From assembly GCA_016763995.1 (NCBI GenBank), contig JAESST010000315.1, positions 1-45,775 of the forward strand: 45,775 nt of DNA, read 5' to 3'. Shown here piece after piece: positions 9,451 through 19,060 of this stretch. The translations under genes were made by a program, and so were the position numbers. This DNA is from Flavobacteriales bacterium (GTDB lineage Bacteria; Bacteroidota; Bacteroidia; Flavobacteriales_E; Vicingaceae). The notes under the pieces were generated by a model, which worked only from the letters and a program-made list of their open reading frames with translations, did no database searches and had not been told where the DNA came from. Numbering within the stretch: the first letter of the stretch is position 1; each line of letters begins with the position of its first letter.

Positions 9451-10190
9451 ATGATGACGGATAAGGAGAAATTACAGCAATACTTAGAGAGGAAAGGCTT
9501 TTAGAAAAATTCATTTTACACTAAAACTGGCTTGTCTATTGGTTTTTTAGATAGCGGTAAATCTTTTGGATTGGACAAGTTAAAGTTGATTGTAGATAAT
9601 TATGATGATCTAAGTTTAGACTGGCTCATTTTTGATGAAGGCGAGATGATTGTTGAAGCTTCAGATAAAAAAGGAATGATGAAGCCTATGCCAAAGAAAT
9701 CGTTTAAAACAATTCCTGTTAAGGCAGTGTTGAGTAAAAAAATGATTCCTCATGTTGTAACAGTAGATAGTGAGGGAAATGAAAATATTTCCTTGGTAAG
9801 AAGTAAGGTTGCAGCCGGTTATGCAACCGGATTTATGGAACCGGAGTTTATTAGTAGTTTGCCAGACTTGAATAATTCTACCTTTAGGATGTTTGAAGTA
9901 AATGGGAACAGTATGCTACCTACTTTACATTCTTTGATATTGTTATTGGAGAGTTTGTTGAAGATTTAAGAGATATTAGGAACGATAGAGTGTATGTGAT
10001 TATTACTGATGAGGATTTAGTAGTAAAGAGGTGCATTCGTCACGAAGATAAGATCATAGCAAAAAGCGATAATCGAAATCAAGGTTATGATGACATCGTT
10101 TTTGATTTTGAAAATATTCGAGAAGTGTGGTATGTTAAACGAAGGTTAACAGGGCAATTGTCGGGGCAGACAGATATTTTGCTCGAATAG
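9451..10190 (+). pseudogene. CI/LexA-like repressor (N-terminal HTH plus S24 peptidase domain), disrupted by an in-frame TAG and a frameshift
   Basis: ATG at 9451 opens MMTDKEKLQQYLERKGF, then TAG (9502-9504), then the same frame continues KNSFYTKTGLSIGFLDSGK...LSLDWLIFDEGEM (HTH-type). The S24 motif NGNSMLPTLHS lies at ~9905-9930. After ~9933 the sensible continuation DIVIGEFVEDLRDIRNDRVYVIITDEDLVVKRCI...SDN is in another frame (ORF 9990-10190). Confidence 0.65.
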
Positions 10191-10283
10191 ACAGTTTAGA
10201 GGCTAGAATGGGAATTCAAGAGATCAAAATTAAATAAATTAACGATTAGTGAGATATGATTTGTATTAATTTGAAGGTGTGAT

Positions 10284-12314
10284 TTGAAGCATATTCAGAG
10301 AGTTATATTGTTTTTTATTCTTGTAATTGTTGGGTTGAGTTTTAACCATCAACGGATGTCAAGTTTCCCAATAAATATTCATGCATGGGCAGAAGCAGAC
10401 CATTATGCAGTAGTTCTAAACTTTATTGAGAATGACCTTCGGTTTTGGGAGGTAGAGACATTTGTTTTAAATCCGCAATTCCCTGCTGAGTTAAATGAAA
10501 CTACTGAAAACGGTGCGTTAGCCATGGATTTTCCACTTTTCCACTACGGAGTAGCTATGGTAATGACTATCATTGGAAATCAAGCTAGTATTGTTTTTCG
10601 AGTTTTGGTTTTTTTATTTAGTTGCCTTTCTCTTGTTTTCTTTTTTAATGCAGTTTATCTGATCAGTAAAAGTTATCTAAAGAGCTTATTATGTGTTCTT
10701 TTTGTAATTACGTCTCCAGTCTTTATTTATTATCAGAATGGGATGTTGATTAGTATACCATCCCTTTCAATTTCTTTGATTGCGTTTTATTATTTGATAG
10801 CTTATGTGAAAACAAGGCAATTCTATTGCCTCGTTTTATGCGGCATACTGATGACTTTAGCATCATTAATGAGGATGACTTATGTTATGCTGATGTTCTC
10901 ATTTCTCATTTCTATTTCTTTTTTCATTTTTAAGAATAAAGCTTTTAGGTTCAAAAAGGAGTATTTGGTTTTTTTCATTAGTCTTTTGGCTATTGCTTTG
11001 TATCGTTACAGCCATTGGTTGATAGCAAAGGAGTATGGAAGTATTTTCTTAAATCACCTTCTTCCTGCTAAAGGTCTAAGTGAATTTTTCGAATACTTTA
11101 GCGATGCATGGAATAGGTGGAAGTACGACTATTTTTCTGCCACCCATTATACGTTCTTCTTAGTTTCTTTAGTGGCTGCCTTCTTTTTTAGACGAAAGAT
11201 ATCTCAAGAGTTAAAACTTGTAAGTTCGATTGTGTGTTTAAGCATTGTTGCTTCGATTCTTTTTTTAATTGCCATGATCAGGCAGTTTCCGCAGCACGAT
11301 TATTATTTTTTAGATACCTTCTTTCTACCTCTTGTATTACTTGTTGTTGTAGGGGTTAGTCTTCTTCCAAATACAAGAGAAGTATGGTGGAAGTATATTT
11401 TTCTATTGGTGTTCTTTATTCAACCTGCTATTCATGCGAATGATAAACAGCAAGAGAGGAGCAGAAGTGTAGATGCTAGTTTGCCGATACAGACCGTAAT
11501 CGAATTAGAAGATGTATCTCGATTATTGGACTGTATGTCAATTTCTAAAGAGAAGAGAGTGCTTGTAATGGGAGCACATGGAGCTAACCTGCCATTAATT
11601 TTATGTCAAAGAAAAGGGTATTCTACCATCTTTAATCAAGAGCAGGATTTGAGGCGTTCAATTGATTGGAATTATGATTATTTGATTCTGCCGCAAGGCT
11701 TATTTTTAGATCATATTTACAGGGAATTTCCTGATATTATCAATCGATTTGAAAGAATAGGAGGCAATCTTAAGGTGGGTATCTTTAGAAAGAAATTGAT
11801 GCCTCAACAGGCATTATATCGCTTTTTAGGACTTGATGAAACAAGCTCTCATTTGTTTAACAGAAGAGTAGACTTTGAAGGTGATGAGGATACTCTATTT
11901 CTTAAAGATGTTCTGAAAACTAATCAAGTAAGTTATTCCGGTGAGTATTCCTATCAGCTGTTAAAGAATAAGGAATTTGGTCTAAATTTTCACATAAAAG
12001 GAGTTGATCTTGTGCAAGATAATCTGTCCTTATTATTGAACTTTAAAGTTGCTCCAATTATCAACTCAGGAGTAAAGTTTGTTGTTCTAATAAAAGATGA
12101 AAGTAATGACGAGATTTTGTTTTCGCAGTCAAAGGATTTAAAACCTTTTGATAATGAAAATAATGATTGGGAGGATAGGAATTTGCTTTACTCTTTTCCT
12201 AAATCTAAGTGTTCGAGTTGTAGAATTGAATTTTTTATTTGGAACCCCTACCAAGCACAGGTAAATTTAGATGATCTGAACATTAGAGTTCTAAGGAGTC
12301 AGGCCTGTAATTGA
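10284..12314 (+). CDS. polytopic membrane protein, GT-C (ArnT/PMT, GT39/83-like) glycosyltransferase candidate with a C-terminal soluble domain
   Basis: TTG start in the track. About 10 or more hydrophobic helices fill the first ~390 aa, and an acidic motif lies in the first loop (HAWAEADHYAVVLNF), as in GT-C enzymes. A ~280-aa hydrophilic C-terminal domain follows. Confidence 0.4.
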   Translation: MKHIQRVILFFILVIVGLSFNHQRMSSFPINIHAWAEADHYAVVLNFIENDLRFWEVETFVLNPQFPAELNETTENGALAMDFPLFHYGVAMVMTIIGNQASIVFRVLVFLFSCLSLVFFFNAVYLISKSYLKSLLCVLFVITSPVFIYYQNGMLISIPSLSISLIAFYYLIAYVKTRQFYCLVLCGILMTLASLMRMTYVMLMFSFLISISFFIFKNKAFRFKKEYLVFFISLLAIALYRYSHWLIAKEYGSIFLNHLLPAKGLSEFFEYFSDAWNRWKYDYFSATHYTFFLVSLVAAFFFRRKISQELKLVSSIVCLSIVASILFLIAMIRQFPQHDYYFLDTFFLPLVLLVVVGVSLLPNTREVWWKYIFLLVFFIQPAIHANDKQQERSRSVDASLPIQTVIELEDVSRLLDCMSISKEKRVLVMGAHGANLPLILCQRKGYSTIFNQEQDLRRSIDWNYDYLILPQGLFLDHIYREFPDIINRFERIGGNLKVGIFRKKLMPQQALYRFLGLDETSSHLFNRRVDFEGDEDTLFLKDVLKTNQVSYSGEYSYQLLKNKEFGLNFHIKGVDLVQDNLSLLLNFKVAPIINSGVKFVVLIKDESNDEILFSQSKDLKPFDNENNDWEDRNLLYSFPKSKCSSCRIEFFIWNPYQAQVNLDDLNIRVLRSQACN

Positions 12315-12346
12315 TTTTTAAGTTGTATTGTGCAAGCCATCTTTAA

Positions 12347-13306
12347 TTAGAGAAGGCTAAGAATTTTTTTCAAATCAACATTTCCTCCACTTAAAATAAT
12401 GCCAACCTTCTGATCTTTAAAAAGAGCTTTGTTTCTTAGTAGTGCCGCTAAAGGAACAGCGGAGGAAGGTTCTATGATAGTTTTCATTCGTTCCCAAATC
12501 AAACGCATCGCTTCTTTTATTTCCCGATCGTTCACTAGCAAAATGTCACTGACCTGATCTTTGATGATCTCATAATTTATTTTACCTAAAGAAGTGAGTA
12601 AGCCATCTGCTATAGTGTTGGGGGAAATTTGTGGAATTAGCTTTCTTTGTTTGAAGGATTGATAAGCATCATCTGCTCCTTTGGGTTCGGTTCCATAGAT
12701 CTTGCAGTTATTTGAAAAAAACTGGGCAGATAGTATGGTTCCTGCTAATAATCCACCCCCTCCAACAGGGCAAAGAATACTTTCAAGTTGAGGAACTTCT
12801 TCTATGAGTTCTTTGGCTGCTGTTGCTTGACCGATGATAATGTCTTTATTGTCATATGGATGAATGAAAGTGGCAGTTTTATCTTCAATGATTTTTTGAG
12901 AAGTTGTTTCTCTTGCTACCAGAGTAGCCTCGCAAAAGGAAACGATTCCACCATAATCCTTCACAGCTGCAATTTTTACTTTAGGAGCATTCTCAGGCAT
13001 TACGATGTAAGCTGGAATACCAATGAGTTGGGCAGCTTTAGCAACGGCTTGAGCATGATTTCCCGAAGAGTGTGTGACTACGCCAGCCGAAATTTTGGTT
13101 TTGTCGAGTTGGAGAATTGCATTACTAGCTCCTCTCATTTTGAAAGCCCCAATCTTCTGAAAATTTTCACATTTGAAGTGGATAGAACAGCCTGCTATTT
13201 TATCAATGGCTTGTGAGGTCAGTACTGGAGTTTGATGAATATAAGGGCGAATCCGCTCGTGTGCTTTATTGATTTCCTGTGGATCAAAAATTTCAGAGTT
13301 GATCAT
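12347..13306 (-). CDS. PLP-dependent serine/threonine dehydratase-family enzyme (no regulatory ACT domain)
   Basis: FKCENFQKIGAFKMRGASNA carries the PLP-lysine motif. HSSGNHAQAVA and the GGGGLLAG glycine loop are also present. Length is 319 aa. Confidence 0.8.
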   Translation of the reverse strand: MINSEIFDPQEINKAHERIRPYIHQTPVLTSQAIDKIAGCSIHFKCENFQKIGAFKMRGASNAILQLDKTKISAGVVTHSSGNHAQAVAKAAQLIGIPAYIVMPENAPKVKIAAVKDYGGIVSFCEATLVARETTSQKIIEDKTATFIHPYDNKDIIIGQATAAKELIEEVPQLESILCPVGGGGLLAGTILSAQFFSNNCKIYGTEPKGADDAYQSFKQRKLIPQISPNTIADGLLTSLGKINYEIIKDQVSDILLVNDREIKEAMRLIWERMKTIIEPSSAVPLAALLRNKALFKDQKVGIILSGGNVDLKKILSLL

Positions 13307-13312
13307 TGTAGT

Positions 13313-13804
13313 TTACTTTGAACGAAGTTCAGCATTCATATCATCAACTTTTTGGACCAAATCTCTTTTGTATTGTTCCATCTGATTTGCGATTTCATCA
13401 TCTGATGTTGCTAATATTTGAGCAGCTAGTATGGCCGCATTTTTTGCTCCATCTAATGCAACTGTTGCAACTGGCACTCCACCTGGCATTTGTAGGATAG
13501 ATAATACTGAATCCCAGCCATCGATTGAATTACTAGATTTAATAGGTACTCCGATGACAGGTAGTGGAGTAGAGGCTGCCACCATTCCGGGTAAATGCGC
13601 AGCGCCACCGGCCGCCGCAATAATTACTTTTAGGCCTTTCGATTTAGCTGATTTTGCATATTCCAGCATCTTTTCTGGCGTTCGATGTGCAGAGACAATC
13701 TCCACTTCAAAATCGATATTTTGTTCCTTAAGGAAATCTAAAGCAGCATTCATAACTCTTAAATCAGAGATGCTGCCCATAATTATTCCAATTCTAGTGC
13801 TCAT
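13313..13804 (-). CDS. purE: N5-carboxyaminoimidazole ribonucleotide mutase
   Basis: IGIIMGSISD, VSAHRTPEKM, AAGGAAHLPGMVAA and PVIGVP are canonical PurE motifs. The gene lies directly downstream of purK. Confidence 0.95.
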   Translation of the reverse strand: MSTRIGIIMGSISDLRVMNAALDFLKEQNIDFEVEIVSAHRTPEKMLEYAKSAKSKGLKVIIAAAGGAAHLPGMVAASTPLPVIGVPIKSSNSIDGWDSVLSILQMPGGVPVATVALDGAKNAAILAAQILATSDDEIANQMEQYKRDLVQKVDDMNAELRSK

Positions 13805-13805
13805 A

Positions 13806-14951
13806 TTATTTTGAGGTTACGTTGACAATAGATTTTACTTTTCTGGCGATTTGCTTCGCTTTTTCCATACTTTCATTTATGATGGTAATATGTCCCATCT
13901 TTCGAAAAGGTTTTACTATCTCTTTCCCATATAGATGGGGGTATACTCCTTTAAGGCTTAAAACTTCTTCTAATCCTTCATAATGAGCAGTTCCATTTGC
14001 TTTTTCGTCTCCTAATAAGTTTACCATTACGGAAGGTAAAATTAAATCGGTAGATCCTAATGGTAGATTTAAGATGGCTCTTATATGCTGTCCAAATTGA
14101 GAAGTGTAGTTGCCTTCAATGTTTTGATGACCACTATTGTGGGCTCTTGGAGCAATTTCGTTGATTAAGAGTTTACCTTCTTTATCTAAGAAAAGCTCTA
14201 CAGCTAAAAGACCTACCATTTTTAATTCTTCGATTAATTTGGAAGCTAATTCATATGCTTTTTGTTCAATTTCATCACTCACATTTGCTGGAGAGAAAAG
14301 AAATTCAACCATGTTCGCCTTTGGGTTAAATTCTAATTCAACCAAAGGAAAGTACTTGATTTCTCCTTTTTCGTTTCGTGCAATAACAACTGATAATTCT
14401 TTGTCAAGATCTACCGCTTCTTCAATCATGGAAGCTTTGTCAAAAGCATTCTCAAGTGCCTCTCTATTGTTGATTTTCGTTACGCCATACCCATCATAGC
14501 CTGAAGTGCGTAACTTTTGAAAAAGCGGAAATTGAAGTGAAGTGTTTTGTATTTCCTCTTTTGATTGAATTAGTTCAAATTTAGAAGTAGGAAGTTGGTG
14601 ATCTACATAAAATTGCTTCTGAAGGCCTTTGTCTTGTATAATTTTTAAAACAGATGCTTGAGGAAAAACCTTTACACCCTCTTCTTCTAATTTTGCTAAT
14701 GCATCTGAATTGACATCTTCAAACTCGATGCTTACCACATCTTTATCCTTTCCAAACTCATAAACAGTATCGAAATCTTTAAAATCTCCAACAACAAAGT
14801 TATTGGCCATATTTTTACATGGAGCATTTTCCGAAGGGTCTAAAATATCTATGTGAAGATTCAAATTATAGGCCTCCTGAAGACTCATTCTGCCCAATTG
14901 CCCACCTCCTAATATTCCAATTTTAAAATTTTCCGAATGAATATTTGTCAT
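13806..14951 (-). CDS. purK: N5-carboxyaminoimidazole ribonucleotide synthase (ATP-grasp)
   Basis: IGILGGGQLGRM at the N-terminus, an ATP-grasp core, EIAPRAHNSGH, and C-terminal RKMGHITI. It ends 1 nt from purE. Confidence 0.93.
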   Translation of the reverse strand: MTNIHSENFKIGILGGGQLGRMSLQEAYNLNLHIDILDPSENAPCKNMANNFVVGDFKDFDTVYEFGKDKDVVSIEFEDVNSDALAKLEEEGVKVFPQASVLKIIQDKGLQKQFYVDHQLPTSKFELIQSKEEIQNTSLQFPLFQKLRTSGYDGYGVTKINNREALENAFDKASMIEEAVDLDKELSVVIARNEKGEIKYFPLVELEFNPKANMVEFLFSPANVSDEIEQKAYELASKLIEELKMVGLLAVELFLDKEGKLLINEIAPRAHNSGHQNIEGNYTSQFGQHIRAILNLPLGSTDLILPSVMVNLLGDEKANGTAHYEGLEEVLSLKGVYPHLYGKEIVKPFRKMGHITIINESMEKAKQIARKVKSIVNVTSK

Positions 14952-15040
14952 CTTGTTCTGCTTTTTTTAAAAAGGGTAAAGATAAATGGAATATATGAGA
15001 GAATTAACATGATTTTCGACTGATTAAAGTGGTTTATTGA

Positions 15041-15048
15041 TACATTTG
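15041..15048 (+). promoter_or_regulatory. Bacteroidota -7 promoter box (TAcaTTTG)
   Basis: Matches the TAnnTTTG consensus and lies 27 nt upstream of the hpt-adk ORF start. The identical octamer occurs upstream of obg. Confidence 0.3.
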
Positions 15049-15074
15049 CCCACTTCAATTTCAAAAGATATAAT

Positions 15075-16205
15075 TTGAAAAAAATTAAACTTCACGATAA
15101 GATCTTTGAGCCATTTATCTCAGAGGAAAAAATAGATCAAGCAGTAAGCGAAGTAGCGAAAAAGATCACGAATAAGTATGAAGGTAAAACGCCTGTATTT
15201 ATTGGCGTTTTGAACGGATGCTTCTATTTTACTGCTGACTTATTAAAGAAAATAGACTTTGATTGTGAAGTCTCTTTTGTTAAAGTTGCTTCCTATCAAG
15301 GAACCCAAACTACAGGAAATGTACGTCAGCTTTTAGGATTAGATCAAAAAATTAAAGGCAGAGATGTAATTATTATTGAAGATATTGTTGATACAGGAAA
15401 TACCATTGAAGCAGTAATTGAAATTATTACGAATATGGGAGTCTCTAGTGTTGCTGTTGCAACCTTGTTGATGAAGCCTGATGTTTATGACAAGAAGGTC
15501 AAAATTGACTATGTAGCTTTAAATATAGACCCTGAATTTGTAGTAGGATATGGTCTAGATTATGACGGATTAGGAAGAAATTTAAATCAGCTTTATGTAC
15601 TTTCACAAGCACAAAATTTAAAATCTGACGAGGATATGTTAAATATAGTTTTGTTTGGACCTCCGGGAGCAGGAAAGGGAACGCAAGCGATTAAATTAAA
15701 AGATAAATACAATTTAGTTCACCTCTCTACAGGAGATATTCTGAGAAAAGAAATAGGAGAAGGTTCGGAATTAGGAACTCTTGCTAAGTCTTTTATGAAT
15801 AAAGGAGAATTGGTTCCTGATGGGGTAGTGATTGATATGATTGAGAATTGTTTGAATGATTATAAAGATTCGAACGGATTTATTTTTGATGGTTTTCCAC
15901 GAACGACAGAACAGGCTAAGGCATTAGATAATTTATTGCAAAAGCATGATGCTGGAATTGATACTATGTTATCTTTAGAGGTAGATGATGAAGAGTTAGT
16001 AGATCGTATTGTTAAAAGAGGAAAAGAGAGTGGAAGGGAAGACGATAAAAATGAATCTGTCATCTTTAATCGAATAGTTACCTATAACAAGAAAACTTCT
16101 CCTTTAAAAAGTTATTATGACGAACAAGGTAAATACAATTCAATTACAGGAGTTGGAACTGTTGAAGAGGTTTTTGATCGTTTAATAACGTCAATCGATT
16201 CCTAA
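15075..16205 (+). CDS. hpt/adk: single ORF encoding hypoxanthine phosphoribosyltransferase (aa 1-~178) fused in frame to short-type adenylate kinase (aa ~188-376)
   Basis: HPRT motifs: VIIIEDIVDTGNT (PRPP loop) and VVGYGLDYDGLGRNL. There is no stop before MLNIVLFGPPGAGKGTQA (P-loop of Adk; ATG at 15636), and GDILR, GFPRT and RxDD motifs follow. The junction reads ctt tat gta ctt tca caa gca caa aat tta aaa tct gac gag gat atg with no stop. Confidence 0.8.
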   Translation: MKKIKLHDKIFEPFISEEKIDQAVSEVAKKITNKYEGKTPVFIGVLNGCFYFTADLLKKIDFDCEVSFVKVASYQGTQTTGNVRQLLGLDQKIKGRDVIIIEDIVDTGNTIEAVIEIITNMGVSSVAVATLLMKPDVYDKKVKIDYVALNIDPEFVVGYGLDYDGLGRNLNQLYVLSQAQNLKSDEDMLNIVLFGPPGAGKGTQAIKLKDKYNLVHLSTGDILRKEIGEGSELGTLAKSFMNKGELVPDGVVIDMIENCLNDYKDSNGFIFDGFPRTTEQAKALDNLLQKHDAGIDTMLSLEVDDEELVDRIVKRGKESGREDDKNESVIFNRIVTYNKKTSPLKSYYDEQGKYNSITGVGTVEEVFDRLITSIDS

Positions 16206-17860
16206 AACTTTACTCCAGCTATTAGAATATCATCTACTTGATCTTCATTGCTCATCCAGTCTTGAATTGTGTGTTTGATTACTTTTTGCTGCTCAATCAT
16301 TGATAAATGAGCAATGTCTCTGAGCATTTCACCAACATTTCTGGTCATGAATTTTTTGCCATTGGCGCCGCCAAATTGATCGGGGTAACCATCTGAAAAC
16401 AAGTAAAAACAATCTCCTTTTTGAAACTTAATTCGTGTTGTTGTGAATTCTTTTTCTCTTCGGGAAACCCCTCCAATAGAAAATTTGTTTCCTTTATAGA
16501 TGTGTAACTCTCCTGATCTGATAAGGTATAATGGACGCATTGCTCCAGCGAACTCTAGACGTTGTTGCGTATAGTCTACATGAATAAGACCTAATTCCAT
16601 TCCGTCCTTGCTGTTTCTTTCAGTCATTGAATTTTGGTGCAAAGCAACTCTAACCCTCTTATCTAATTCTCTTAAAATTACACCTGGGTCTGTTATGGAT
16701 TGTTGATTTACAATTTCGTTTAATTGTGTATACCCAATGAGAGACATAAATGCGCCAGGAACTCCATGACCTGTGCAATCAACAACCGCAAATAAAGGCT
16801 TGTTTCTTATTTTTTCATACCAGTAGAAATCTCCACTAACAACATCTTTTGGTTCGTAGTAAACAAAAGATTCTAAGAAGCCGTCTTTTAGTCGTTGAAG
16901 TGGCGGAAGAATAGACGCTTGTATTCGTTTTGCATACTGAATGCTTTCATTGATCTCTTTGTTGTTGACCTCTGCCATTTCTTTTTCACGCAACAACTCA
17001 TCAGTTCGTTCTCTAACTTTATCTTCTAATGTTGCGTTGAGTAATAACAATTCTTTATTAGCCTGATCTAAGTCGGCCAAGCTTTTAAATAAAGCTTGTT
17101 CCGCATTTTTCTTTTCAGTAATATCTCTTATAATTCCTTGATAGCCAATTATTTTTCCGATTTCGTCATAAATCAACATAGAACTAAGAAGGCAGTTAAC
17201 AGAAGATTTATTGTCTTTCTTTTGAAGTAGTATTTCATAATCAGAAACTTGTCCTTCTTTTGAAAGTTTTTCTTTTAATCTTTCTCTATCCGCTTTATTT
17301 ACATAAAGATCTTTTACTTTTAATTCTTTTAGGTCTTCAATTGTATACCCAAACAGAGCTAGGCCTGAGGGGTTAATGTCTATGAAGTCTCCCTCAACAG
17401 TTGACATATAAATAGCATCCTTAGATCGAAGAAATAGCTGGCGGTATTTCTCTTCACTTCTTCTAAGGTCTTTTTCTGAGTTTTTTCGCTCAATGGCATA
17501 GATGATCGATTTTAGCAAAGAATCAGTATCCATTTTGGTTTTCTGAATAAAATCTTGTGCTCCTTTTTTAACTGCTTCAATAGCAATTGAATTGTCATCA
17601 ATCTCTGTTAAGATAAGAAAGGGAATGTTGGAATAGCTTTTGAATAAACTGTCAAATGTATGTAAGCCGTAACTGTCAGGTAGAAACAGGTTGATTAGAA
17701 TAATGTCTGTTTTATTCTTACTTAAGAAACTATAGCTTTCACTTAAATTCTGAAAATGGGTAATCTCAATTTCAACGCCTTTCATTGATCCGATGAGATG
17801 AGCAATTGCGTATGCATCTTCTTCAGAATTTTCAATTAGTAAAAGCTGTATTTTTTTCAA
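16202..17860 (-). CDS. response-regulator receiver / PAS / PP2C (SpoIIE, RsbU-like) serine phosphatase
   Basis: Receiver domain: LLIENSEEDA...DIILINLFLPDSYG...K. A PAS-like middle domain (RQLFLRSKDAIYMSTVEGDFIDINP) is followed by a coiled coil. PP2C motifs are SGDFYWYE and VVDCTGHGVPGAFMS. Confidence 0.85.
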   Translation of the reverse strand: MKKIQLLLIENSEEDAYAIAHLIGSMKGVEIEITHFQNLSESYSFLSKNKTDIILINLFLPDSYGLHTFDSLFKSYSNIPFLILTEIDDNSIAIEAVKKGAQDFIQKTKMDTDSLLKSIIYAIERKNSEKDLRRSEEKYRQLFLRSKDAIYMSTVEGDFIDINPSGLALFGYTIEDLKELKVKDLYVNKADRERLKEKLSKEGQVSDYEILLQKKDNKSSVNCLLSSMLIYDEIGKIIGYQGIIRDITEKKNAEQALFKSLADLDQANKELLLLNATLEDKVRERTDELLREKEMAEVNNKEINESIQYAKRIQASILPPLQRLKDGFLESFVYYEPKDVVSGDFYWYEKIRNKPLFAVVDCTGHGVPGAFMSLIGYTQLNEIVNQQSITDPGVILRELDKRVRVALHQNSMTERNSKDGMELGLIHVDYTQQRLEFAGAMRPLYLIRSGELHIYKGNKFSIGGVSRREKEFTTTRIKFQKGDCFYLFSDGYPDQFGGANGKKFMTRNVGEMLRDIAHLSMIEQQKVIKHTIQDWMSNEDQVDDILIAGVKF

Positions 17861-18040
17861 GGCGACAATTAATTTTTAGCTTCTGCAATTTAATAAAGAA
17901 GTGTCGCATGTTTTGCATTTTATTCAATGAATCGACCAAGAATAAGTGCTTTTCAGTGAAGAAAGCTTTTCTTTCGACGAAAGTCTTATTTGGAAGCATT
18001 ACTGCAAGGTGTTTTTCCATTTTTATCTTGATAGAATAGA

Positions 18041-18048
18041 TACATTTG
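18041..18048 (+). promoter_or_regulatory. Bacteroidota -7 promoter box (TAcaTTTG)
   Basis: TAnnTTTG match 14 nt upstream of the obg ATG. It has the same GATACATTTG context as at 15039-15048. Confidence 0.3.
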
Positions 18049-18061
18049 TGAAAAAATAGCC

Positions 18062-19060
18062 ATGGCTCAAAGTAACTTCATTGATTATGTAAAAATCTGT
18101 TGTAGATCCGGCCAAGGAGGTTCAGGTTCGCACCATTTAAGAAGGGATCGATTAACGGCAAAAGGTGGACCAGATGGAGGAGATGGTGGCCGAGGCGGAC
18201 ATATTATTATTCGAGGGAATAAGCAGCTTTGGACTTTACTTCATTTAAAGTATAAGCGACATGCAATTGCTGAAGCTGGTCAAAATGGCGGAGATAGTAC
18301 AAGTACGGGTAAAGAAGGGGATGATCAATACATTGATGTTCCTGTAGGGACAGTGGCTCGTGATGTAGAAACTGGAGAACAGTTATTCGAAATCATGGAA
18401 GATGGAGAAGAGCAAATTATTTTGAAAGGAGGAAGAGGTGGTTTAGGAAATGCTCATTTTAAATCTTCTACCAATCAAACTCCAAGATACGCTCAAACAG
18501 GAGAAGATGGGAGTGAAGAATGGAAGATATTAGAGTTAAAAGTTTTAGCGGATGTCGGATTAGTTGGTTTTCCAAACGCCGGTAAATCAACTTTACTATC
18601 TGTACTTTCAGCAGCAAAACCTGAAATTGCAGATTATGCTTTTACAACTTTAACTCCAAATCTTGGAATTGTAGCCTATAGAAATCATCGTTCTTTTGTA
18701 ATGGCAGATATCCCTGGAATTATAGAAGGAGCTCATGAAGGAAAGGGCTTAGGCTTGAGGTTTTTGAGACACATTGAAAGAAATGCCGTTTTATTATTTT
18801 TAATTCCTGCTGACAGTGATGATATTATTAAAGAATATCAAATTTTAATGAATGAATTAAAGCAGCATAATCCTGAGCTTTTAGATAAGAATAGAGTTTT
18901 GGCCATTTCAAAGGCCGATTTGTTGGACGATGAGTTGAAAACTGAGATTAAAGAAGAGCTTGCTCCGCAGGAATGTATCTTTATTTCATCGGTAGCTAGC
19001 GAAAATTTAATTGAACTTAAGGATTTATTATGGTCGAAAATAAATGAGTCAGATGCTTGA
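18062..19060 (+). CDS. obg: GTPase Obg/CgtA
   Basis: [41 protein letters not shown] is the Obg glycine-rich fold. The G domain shows [13 protein letters not shown] and SKAD. Confidence 0.95.
   Translation: MAQSNFIDYVKICCRSGQGGSGSHHLRRDRLTAKGGPDGGDGGRGGHIIIRGNKQLWTLLHLKYKRHAIAEAGQNGGDSTSTGKEGDDQYIDVPVGTVARDVETGEQLFEIMEDGEEQIILKGGRGGLGNAHFKSSTNQTPRYAQTGEDGSEEWKILELKVLADVGLVGFPNAGKSTLLSVLSAAKPEIADYAFTTLTPNLGIVAYRNHRSFVMADIPGIIEGAHEGKGLGLRFLRHIERNAVLLFLIPADSDDIIKEYQILMNELKQHNPELLDKNRVLAISKADLLDDELKTEIKEELAPQECIFISSVASENLIELKDLLWSKINESDA

Noticed and set aside
12788-14499. Plus-strand ORFs 12788-13216, 13318-13500, 13431-13814 and 14137-14499, which overlap the dehydratase, purE and purK.
   Set aside because: These are antisense shadow ORFs inside genes with unambiguous family motifs. 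Their translations are low-complexity with no motifs.
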